A DNA stretch of 64,000 nt. It comes from Chloroflexota bacterium (GTDB taxonomy: Bacteria > Chloroflexota > Dehalococcoidia > Lucifugimonadales > HRBIN23). Positions 47,201 through 55,700 of this stretch are shown here, one piece after another. Under the pieces are notes generated by a model, which had not been told where the DNA came from, did not search any database, and was given only the letters and a program-made list of their open reading frames with translations. Position 1 is the stretch's first letter; each line of letters starts with the position of its first letter. The translations under genes and the position numbers were made by a program. Location of the stretch: positions 598 to 64,597 of the forward strand of contig JACQUK010000112.1 in assembly GCA_016210325.1 (NCBI GenBank), read 5' to 3'.

Positions 47201-49326
47201 GGGACGTTGGCGGCGTCGAGATAACCTCTGACCTTCGCAACCCATTGGTGACGTTTACCGCCGGCGGGACCTACAGCGTCGTCCTCTTTGCAGACAACCC
47301 GGTGGACCCCGACGGCAACACTGTCACCCGGCTCGGCTACGTGAATGTGCTCGAGCCCAGCATCGCGGCCTCCCGAGTGAGCGGCGCTCCGCCTCTCCAG
47401 GTGACCTTCACGGACGAATCGAAGCCCGCGGGGGCCATCACGGGGCGGGAGTGGGACTTCGAGTCTGACGGTGTGGTGGACAGCACCGATGCTAGCCCCA
47501 GCTTCACCTTTGCCCAGCAGGGCGATTTCACCGTGAGCTTGCGGGTCGCAGGCTTCGGCGTCTTCGCCACGGCCACCCAGGTCATCCAGGTCAGGACGGC
47601 GGCGCAACCGCCTACTCCGGTGGTGGGTGGGCCGCCTGGCGCGGCACCCGTGTTCCCGGCGTTCACCGGAGGGCCGGCCGTGGATGGGCCTGCGCCACTG
47701 ACCGTCACCTTCGAGGACCAGACTGCTGCGCCCTTCCCCATCGTGGGACGTGAGTGGGACCTGGACGGCGACGGCGTGGTGGACGCCACCTCCAAGACGG
47801 CCACGTTCACTTACACCAAGGTAGGCACGTACACCGTGCGCCTGAAGGTATCCCGGGCCGATGCGCAGTCGGGGACAACCACCAAGGAGGCATTTGTCGT
47901 CGTGAGGCCCGGCCCCCTGGACCGGATTGAGCTTACCCCTGCCAGCACGGCGGTTGCCGTTGGGGGGCGAGCCCAGTTCCAGATAATCGCCCTGGACTTC
48001 TTCGGTAACGTCATTCAGGATGCCACGGTGGCCTGGAGTGCGGGGGCCGGTGGCACCATTGACTCGACGGGCACCTTCACCGCGGGTCAGGAGGCAGGGA
48101 CCTTCACCAGCGCCGTGGTGGCCAGAGTCACCAAGGGTGGCATCGTTAAGGAGGCCTCTGCCACGGTGACGGTCACTGCTGCGCCCAGGGTGACGGTGCA
48201 GGACCGGTTGCCGGTGGGCGCCCAGGCGACCGCCCTGGATGCGGCCGGGCAACCGGTGAGCTTGAGCGGCCAGCCCATGATCGCTACCACTACGCCGCAG
48301 GGGGTCACGGTCATAACCCTGCCGGTGGTCCTGGCGAGCGGGGCGTCCCTGGCTAGCTTTGAGGACCCGGAAAGCGGCATCACCTACAGGGATGGGAAGC
48401 TGACCATCCCTGTTCGCGACGAGACAGGCCAGATTGGGCTGTTCATCGAGGCGCAGGTAGAGGCACCTGTGGGCACGGGCACGGCAGCCGAGGCCCGCGT
48501 CACGCGGCTAGTGTTGCGGACCACGGAACGGACGCTGGACCTGTCGGCGGCGGACCCCGTCCTTGGAGCGGTAGGCGTCGTCATAGGGGCGGAGCTGCTG
48601 CGCTACCCCTCCCAGGGCGAGTTGCGCGTTGGCCTTTCGAAGCAGCCCAGCCCGGAGGGCCGCGTGGCCATGGACCAGGCGGCCCGGGCCGTCGGCCGAC
48701 GAATCGTGGACGTCGCCGTGGCGCTGTCGGTGCGGCAGCAGGACATGGCGAACCAGCAGGTGGTGGGCCAGGTGGAGATAACCATCGCTGTGGGCCAGCG
48801 CTGGTTGGACCAGGTAGGCTCCGGCAATGCGCGCATTCTGCACATCCCTGATGTGGGGCCCGGAGAGGTCCTGGACACGACCCCTGTGGGGACCGATGCC
48901 CAGGGCCGGGCCTTGCTCCGCGGCACCTCGCCGAAAGGACTCTCCGAGTTCGCCCTGGTGGTGTTGCAGCAGGAGGTCGCCACTCCAACGCCAACCCCGA
49001 CGGCGACCCCCGTCCGCACGCCTACTCCTACCCCTACGCCCACCCCAACGGGTGTTGCCCCTACGCCCACGCCCACTCCCACGCCTGGGGTTGGCACTCC
49101 CACTGCTACTCCTACACCCACGCCCACTGGTGTTGGAACTCCCACCGCCACACCCACGGCGACGGTCCCGGCCACGGCGCTCCCGACGGTCAGGCCAACC
49201 GTGACGGCGACGCCAGTGACACCAGGGGCAGGCGGTTTCCCTGTGGTCATCGTGGTTGTGGTGGTCATCGTCGTGGTGATCGCCGCAGTAGGTGCCTTCC
49301 TGTTCCTGCGGCGGCGGGGTGCGTAG
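44206..49326 (+). CDS. Giant surface protein 2 (1706 aa): N-terminal signal/anchor, PKD-like modules, Big_2 domain, pre-PGF-like domain, Pro/Thr linker, C-terminal TM helix and RRR tail
   Basis: Single ORF in the track, 36 nt downstream of gene 1 with no terminator between them. The N-terminus is LKLVLAALLVVGGLLAVSGAVLAIAPVADF. Its modules are paralogous to those of protein 1. Confidence 0.9.
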   Translation: MRFSSKGAAPDWHLKLVLAALLVVGGLLAVSGAVLAIAPVADFINDPATPRLGAFPAQGTFDVSLLDTSDNAPTSWDWRVYLDNGDGVLNDADGDGTPDPGTDTAVTWRLDGASFVQDAAGAITVIQGNTDTERDPFLSFSRGGDYHVRLVATGDGSSPPKVQNNFIRILRTAFAANSNDAGATCSNVSTTSGATCDGTSVPFTVSFVGTSEGTITARAWDFNGDGVVDSNVQAPAPFVYAEPGTFTVTETTSGPAGTHTARLTVRVFQIPSASFSGTPRSGVVNAQGQFTVNFVDESTGNPSRWVWDFGDGSSLNTQDPAQRNPSHVYQRGGVFTATLTVSNPTLPNGDTEAKADYVRALQADFGTRPGAGQPVTFAAITRTIPPGQVCSTGQAGADVIFVDQSLGRPAAGVQWDWDFGDGSGLITNVEAQGLEPTHCYTSSGTFNATLRLSTGIGTHAKARAGLVTVAKTPLAEFLAAPTSGGVLTRVLANGATEVTPVQIALVDQSANVPTGWSWRIYVDGNADQVLNDADGDGVPDAGTDTLVTWRQDGNTFVQDVAGAISAVAGTTDTERNPVLKFNRGGGYHVRLVASNLAGASAPRVRNRYIRVLRSDFEARSAGGAFGTAPLTVNVGATVDFRITTEGTVTSREWDVNNDGITDGTGTALSFQYGTGGTFTVVFRSIGPAGTSQMVREGFVIARPPPTADFMANPLTPARRPFETGLMIEGKPAVGLVDLSTEAPDRWQWTVYEDTNSNGVLDEGADTVVRWTQAGANFTQDPQGALGAIEGTDANVYQNPILLFGRGGDYHVKLVASNVVGASQPRPRPLFVRIIKAQFAALSNTAGAQCPAVDGSCRGGVPLVVRFIANEDANGNKLLDAGEDLNANGALDVLAEGTVTSYAWDLNGDGLTDSTAANPTFNYTTPSNFNVTLRVTGPAGSSTVLKQALVRTFQPVAADLSGTPRAVASGNTVQFTDLSVGNPDTWQWAFFQDEDGDGVRDVGGVEITSDLRNPLVTFTAGGTYSVVLFADNPVDPDGNTVTRLGYVNVLEPSIAASRVSGAPPLQVTFTDESKPAGAITGREWDFESDGVVDSTDASPSFTFAQQGDFTVSLRVAGFGVFATATQVIQVRTAAQPPTPVVGGPPGAAPVFPAFTGGPAVDGPAPLTVTFEDQTAAPFPIVGREWDLDGDGVVDATSKTATFTYTKVGTYTVRLKVSRADAQSGTTTKEAFVVVRPGPLDRIELTPASTAVAVGGRAQFQIIALDFFGNVIQDATVAWSAGAGGTIDSTGTFTAGQEAGTFTSAVVARVTKGGIVKEASATVTVTAAPRVTVQDRLPVGAQATALDAAGQPVSLSGQPMIATTTPQGVTVITLPVVLASGASLASFEDPESGITYRDGKLTIPVRDETGQIGLFIEAQVEAPVGTGTAAEARVTRLVLRTTERTLDLSAADPVLGAVGVVIGAELLRYPSQGELRVGLSKQPSPEGRVAMDQAARAVGRRIVDVAVALSVRQQDMANQQVVGQVEITIAVGQRWLDQVGSGNARILHIPDVGPGEVLDTTPVGTDAQGRALLRGTSPKGLSEFALVVLQQEVATPTPTPTATPVRTPTPTPTPTPTGVAPTPTPTPTPGVGTPTATPTPTPTGVGTPTATPTATVPATALPTVRPTVTATPVTPGAGGFPVVIVVVVVIVVVIAAVGAFLFLRRRGA
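48180..48975 (+). other. Domain resembling the archaeal PGF-pre-PGF domain (tentative)
   Basis: VEITIAVGQRWLDQVGSGNARILHIPDVGPGEVLDTTPVGTDAQGRALLRGTSPKGLSEFALVV. I compare it with the remembered pre-PGF signature F.V.K.W(I/L)......V.L.R......W..L.T......D..Y.Y.A.TPGFS.FAI. Confidence 0.35.
48979..49230 (+). other. Pro/Thr-rich low-complexity linker
   Basis: ATPTPTPTATPVRTPTPTPTPTPTGVAPTPTPTPTPGVGTPTATPTPTPTGVGTPTATPTATVPATALPTVRPTVTATPVTPGA. Confidence 0.9.
49231..49323 (+). other. C-terminal sorting-signal-like tripartite tail (GGF motif, TM helix, RRR)
   Basis: GGFPVVIVVVVVIVVVIAAVGAFLFLRRRGA-stop. Confidence 0.6.
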
Positions 49327-49387
49327 CCCTCGCGCCTGTCTCCACGCCCGGACGCCACCCGTATTCACCTTGTGCCTCCCCTGCTGA

Positions 49388-49520
49388 ATTGGCGAGCAAT
49401 GGGGCCACATTAGTCGCTAGAATAATCCTCTATGCCGCTTGATAGTACGTGTCAGTTCCGGCTATTGGCGAGTAATGTGGCCTAATTGGTCGCTAGAAGA
49501 TTCCTCTAGTGGGCTTGACA
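49388..49520. repeat. Two 57-nt direct repeats (period 76 nt), each containing an imperfect dyad and ending in a -35-like hexamer
   Basis: R1 is 49388-49444 and R2 is 49464-49520, with 45 of 57 positions identical in my hand alignment. The dyad is GCGAGCAATG-n6-CATTAGTCGC (49392-49417). The ends are TTGATA and TTGACA. Confidence 0.7.
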
Positions 49521-49544
49521 ATTCCCGAAATTGTGGACAATAAT
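49515..49544 (+). promoter_or_regulatory. Candidate sigma-70 promoter of giant gene 3
   Basis: A perfect TTGACA (49515-20), an 18-nt spacer, then AATAAT (49539-44), about 170 nt upstream of ATG 49718. Confidence 0.4.
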
Positions 49545-49717
49545 AGCGCCGCTTACTTCTGCATGTCTTGTGTTGCGTTCCGATAGGGCTGTAGCCGGCT
49601 TCCGCCGCCACCTGCAAGGTCCCGGGCCAGGACCAGGCAGTGAGGCGCCGGATAGAGGAACTCGGCAAGGATAGGGCGGGGACCTAGGCGGGAGTGACTA
49701 TTTAGAGGAGTGCTGCT

Positions 49718-52700
49718 ATGAGATCCAGCCTTAATCGCACCTCGTTGGTATTGTTTGTTATTGCTGCAATGGTTACCTCGCTACTCCTGATTCCTACCAC
49801 CCTGGCCAGCGGCAACATTCTTGTAGATGCCGGGGCCGACCAGACAGCCGACGAAGGGGCCACTGTGTCTGTGGCTGCCTCCTTTACCGATACCCAGCCC
49901 GGCACCCACACGGCCACCATTAACTGGAACGATGGCTCAGCACCGGAAGCTGGGACGGTCACGGATCCTGCCGACCCGAACCCAGGTGCCGTGGCCGGCT
50001 CTCATGTCTACACCGATAACGGCACCTACGATGTTAGGGTCATGGTGAGAAACCAGAACACTGCGGAGGAGACTACCGACACCCTCCGGGTGACGGTCAA
50101 CAACGTAGCACCCGCAGTAGACGCCGGGGTCGACCAGACGGCCTCAGAAGGCGGTACGGTCAACCTCAGCGCGACCTTCACCGACGCCGGCAGCGCCGAC
50201 ACCCACACGGCCACCATTGACTGGGGCGATGGCTCGGCACCGGAAGCTGGGACCCTCACGGAGCCTGCCGGCCCCAACCCAGGCACCGTGACGGGTTCGC
50301 ATGTCTACGCTGACAACGGCACCTACACCGTGACCGTCACGGTCACCGACAACGATGGTGACTCCGGTTCTGACACCCTGCTGGTCACGGTCAACAACGC
50401 AGCCCCAGTGGTAAACGCGGGGCCAGACCAGACTGGCGACACCGATGGCACAGTCAGCCTGGCGCCGGCCACCTTCACCGATGCTGGGGCGGCTGATACC
50501 CACACCGCAACGATAGACTGGGGCGATGGCCCACCCGTGGCGGGCATCGTAGACCAGGCCCTCCATACGGTCTCTGGCTCGCATTCCTACGCCGCCAGCG
50601 GCACCTACACCGTCACAGTGGCGGTGACCGACGATGATAGCGGCTCCGGCTCCGATACCCTCGAGGTGGAGGTCACCAACGTCCCGCCAGTGGTGAACGC
50701 CGGCGCCGACCAGGCAGCCGACGAAGGCAGCCCGGTCAACCTGAGCGCGACCTACACGGATGCTGATGCTGGGGACACGCATACCGCTCTGATTGACTGG
50801 GGCGATGGCTCGGCACCGGAAGCTGGGACCGTCACGGAGCCCGCCGGCGCCAACCCCGGCACGGTGAGCGGCTCCCACGTCTATGCGGACAACGGCAACT
50901 ACCCGGTCACGGTCACGGTGAATGATGGCGCCGCCGACGGCTCGGACAGCGCCAGGGTCACGGTATCCAACGTGCCGCCTGTGAACACCTTCCGTCCGCC
51001 CTGGGAGGGTGGCGACCTGCGCACCTGCGTGAGCGACCCCAACCCACTGCTCGTGGGGCCTGTGTACGACTTCGTCAAGGAGGGTCTGGAGCTCCTGGAC
51101 CAGCACAACGACCCGGCCTGGGGCGACAACTGGTGCGGGCCGACCTCTGCTGGCATCAGCCTGGGCTGGTTCGCCGAGCGGGGGTACTCCGAGCTGGTGC
51201 CCGACACCAACGGCAACCGCGTGGTAGACGAAGCTGAGAAGTACGCTGTCATTGACGCCCTGGGCGGCCTCATGGGTACCGACCCGGACGCCGGCACGGC
51301 GGACGATGACCTGGTGAACGGCATCCGGGCCTACCTGGACTCCGTGGGCCTGGGCAACAGCCTCACCGTCAAGGTGTACGATACCGAGTTGGGCACAACC
51401 GACCCCACCGCCGCCGACTACCGGTCGGAACTGGAGGCGGGTGAGGATGTCCTGGTCGGGCTGGGGTACGCCGCGGGTGGCGGCCACTGGCTGGTGGGCC
51501 GCTCGGTCAGCAATACCGCCAACGACGATGGCAGCACCAATGTGAGCTTTGTGGACCCCGGCACCGGGCAGGTGTACCACACCACCATGAACGCCGACGG
51601 GTCCTTTGAGTACAACGGCGAGACCGTCAGCTTCGACATCATGGTGGCGGTCTCCCCCATCAAGACGGGCGTGCCCTTCACTTTGGAGGGGCTGGGCCCT
51701 GACCTGTTCACTGATGCCGGCAGCGCCGATACCCACACCGCCGTCATCAACTGGGGCGACGGCGACACCACACCTGGGACAGTGGTTGAGCCCAGGGCCG
51801 GGCAGCCCGGCAGCGTGGACGGCTCCCACGCGTACGCGAACCCGGGCGTCTACGACGGCCAGGTCTGCAAGATTGACGACGATGGCGGCCGGGGCTGCTC
51901 CCCCTTCACCGTGGTGATTCAGCCGCGCCTGTGGACAGACCCCCAGCGCGGGCCAGTCGGGACGATGCTCGACGTCCACGGCTTCAACTTCCCCGTGGGC
52001 GAGGTGGGCATCAGCGCTTCCTTCGACGGCGTGTACTTCGACACCGGCGCTATTGGTGCCCTGACTGCCGACGAGCAGGGCTCGTGGAACAGCAGGATGG
52101 TTGTACCCCTGGTGCCCGGTGGCCCTCACGAGATAGACGTCCGCGGCAGCAGGACGCCGTGGTTTGTAGGTGACTACTTCCTGGTGGATGCGAGCTTGCA
52201 GATTGCTCCTGCCGAAGGCCCCACAGGACAGCGGGTCTACGTCCGCGGCAAAGGCTTCGGTGCCGGCGAGACCGGCATCCGGACGACCTACGACGGCGCG
52301 GCTGTGGCTGGCCCTGCACAGGCCGACTACCGCGGCTCCTTCTTTGATGTTTTCGTGGTGCCACCCAGCGCCAACGGGACGCACGAGGTGGACGCCCGCG
52401 GCGACCTGACGCCGCTGGAAGACGGCGCGGCGCCGGTCCTCTTCAGCGTGACCCCGGCCTGGATCGTGCTGGGCCAGAACACGGCCCGCTTCGGCGATAC
52501 CGTGGTGATGCGTGGCCAGGGCTTTGGGCCGAATGACACCCGGATTGAGATTGAGCTGGTGTCGCTGTCCCTGGCGAGTGTTTCGCCCATCATTGTCATC
52601 CCCATCAACCGCAGCGATGGCCAGCCCTGCTCGGCGGACGCCGCGGGGAATGCTGACTGTCAGTTCCGACTCCCCTCCATGCCTGGAGGGCCGTACGCGG

Positions 52701-55700
52701 TGGACGGCCGCAGCGCCAGCAAGACCCTCGAGCACGTGGCGGGCACCCGGCTCCAGGTGGACCCGCTGCTGGTGATTGACCCGACCTCCGGGCGCGTTGG
52801 CGCCCCGGCTGAGGCCCAGGGCTTCGGGTTCCAACCCAACGAGACGGACATCCGGGTGCGGTTCCGCCTGGACGGCGGGCTGCCGGCTGCCGCCGATGTG
52901 CCCCCCATCCGTGTGACGGGCTTCAACGAGAACCGTGACGTCTACCCGCTGCGGGACTCGGCGGGGAATTTCATAGCGGACCCAACCTATGGGACCACAA
53001 CGCTGGGCAACGCGCTACTGGACCCGGCCAACTTCGGGCCAGGCGGCGTGGTGCCGCGGCCCATCCAGTTCCTGCCCTTCGTAGACGTTATCGCGCCGGG
53101 GTCGCTGGTGAACCCCGACGGGACGCGCAACGCCGACGTGTTCTTTGGTTCCTTTGTGTGGAACGACCTTGGCCCTGGCGAGGCCGCAGAGCTGGCCTCC
53201 TTCCTGCTGCACGGCGGTGTGGTGTACCTGGGCAGCGACCCGCAGGTCAATGCGCTGTTCCCGGCTATTGGGTCCGGCGCCCAGTACACGGACAACGGGC
53301 TGGGCAATGGGTGTCCCGTGCTGTCAGGCGTGCCGGGCGCCAGCCCGGTGACCAGCGGCCCCTTCGGCAACGTGGGGCAGTTGGGCCAGTGTGAGTACAA
53401 TGAGTTTGTCGCTGACCCGATGGTTGCGCCAGTGGTGCCTGGGCCTGACGGTGGCACTCTGGTCGCCGAGGGGCCGGTAGGTGCTGGCTATCTGGCCACC
53501 AGCGGCGGTTACGGCCTGCATCTTGAGTTGTTCACGAATGGCGGGTTCCCGGAGAACGTGCGCTACTTCATGAACCTCTTTGCGCTGCCGGCGGGCATGG
53601 GCGGCGGGCAGTGGGTGGACGTGGCCGGCGGCATCACTGCGGACGAGAACGGCGAGTGGCAGGCCCCGTGGAACGTGCCACCCAGCTCCACCGGCGACCA
53701 TGCGGTGGGCGCTGAGGGCAGCGGGACTCCGGCCAGCGCGGTGCTGGATGTGCCCTTCGAGGTCACCGGCGCCATCTGGCTGGAGCGGGACCCCAACACC
53801 TTCTATCCCACCATCCAGGATGCGGTGAATGCCGCCCTGCCTGGCGAGGACACCAACGGCAACGAGGCCCTGGACCCGGGCGAGGACACCAACGGCAACG
53901 GTCAACTGGACCGCGGCGACACGGTGATGGTGCAGGAGGGTGAGTACACCGAGAACGTCACCGTAGACAAGCGGGAGCTGCGGGTCCGTGCCACGGGCGC
54001 AGCCGACGACACCAGGTGGCAGAGCGCCGGCGGTGGTCCCGCGCTGACCTTGCTGGGCAACGGCGATGGCTTCTGGCTGGGCGGCTCCGGCCTCACGCTC
54101 ATCGGTGGGCCTGGGGCGGCCGACTACCCGGTGCAGATTGACGGGGCGTCTGGCGTGCTCATCCAGGGCAACACCATCCTGCTGGGCGGCGCCACGTCGG
54201 CCATCTATGTCACCGGTGCGGGTGCGCCCGGCCTGGCGGTCTTCAGCAACACCCTGGAGCAGGCGGACCGCCCGGGTGGTGCCACCATAATCAGGGTACT
54301 CAACACGGCGATGCTGTCCATCGCGGGCAACCGCTTCGTGCCCTTCGACGGCGTAGGCGGCGGCACCTCTATGCGGCTCCAAGCGGTGAGCAACGCCATT
54401 ATCAAGGACAATATCACCGACAGGGCTGGCATTGCGCTGGCCATCTCCGGGTGCGGCGTGTGCGCTGGTGGCGCCGGTATCAGCACCAACGGTATCAATG
54501 TGGTCCACAACCAGTTCCTGAACGGCCGGGGGCCGGCGCAGGTCCGGCTGGCCGACAAGCTCGCTGCTGATGGCGCCGTGGTCAACGTCAGCAACGTGTC
54601 TCTTCGTGGCAACACCATCAGCGGCGGCGCCGGCGACGGCGTGAAGCTGGAGGCCCTGTTTGGCGGGGCCATCAGCAACGTGGTAGCTAACTGGAACAAC
54701 CTGGTGAGCAACGCTGGCCTAGGCATCAACAACACCGTGGCCGGCCTCACGGTGGATGGGCGCTGGAACTGGTGGGGCGACCCGGCTGGGCCGGCGGGCC
54801 CCGCCGGTGACGGCGTCAGTGCTAACGTGAACGTTGAGCCGTACGTGGATGCCAGGATCAACTTTGCTCACATGGACCCCAACGGCCACAGCATCCAGTC
54901 GGCCATAGACAGCGCCGACCCCGGCAACTACGTGGTGGTCTGGGGCGGCAACCCGGCCGCCGGCCCCGTCATCTACGACGAGGCGGTCGTCATCAACAAG
55001 CCGGGCCTGAGGGTCATCTCGCCCCAGGGCCGCGACCTGACCTGGATTGCGCCCTCGGCCGCCGTAGACTCGGTGGTACAGGTGCTCCGCGCCGCAGATG
55101 GGCTGCGGCTTGGCGGCGCAGTGCTGGGTGGCCAGGAATGGGAGTTCGGCTTCACGGTTGCAGGGGCGGACTTCGTGAACGGCATTCGGCTGGTGGCGGA
55201 GGACGTGGGTGGTGTGTTCACGGATGCCAGCAACGTGCGCATTCAGCATAGCCGCGTCCTGCTGGGCGGCCTGCCAGGCGTGAACGGTCGCAATGGTATC
55301 TCGACTACCAAGGCCGAAAAAGACGACCTGAGGGTGGAGAATAACGACCTTCAGGTGGGTGCTGACAAGCTGGCCGTGGCGATAGCTGGTTCGCCGGCCA
55401 CCAACGTGCGGGTGTGGCGCAACACCTTCAGCCTCGTGACCACGGTGCCCGGCGGCGGCGCCCTGCCCCCGGGCGGCACCGCCATCCAACTGATAGGTGT
55501 CCAGGGTGGGCTGGTGCAGGAGAACCAGATAGACGGTGCCGGTGTGGGCATCCAATTGGCAGGCAACGGTGCCAGCCTCGTTGACCTGGACGGTGTGCAG
55601 GTCCGGTGGAACCGGGTTCTCCGCTCGATGTCTGCGGACGTGGTGGTCGTCAACCAGATGCTTGGCGCCGGCCCTGCCACGGCCCGCAACATGCTCATCG

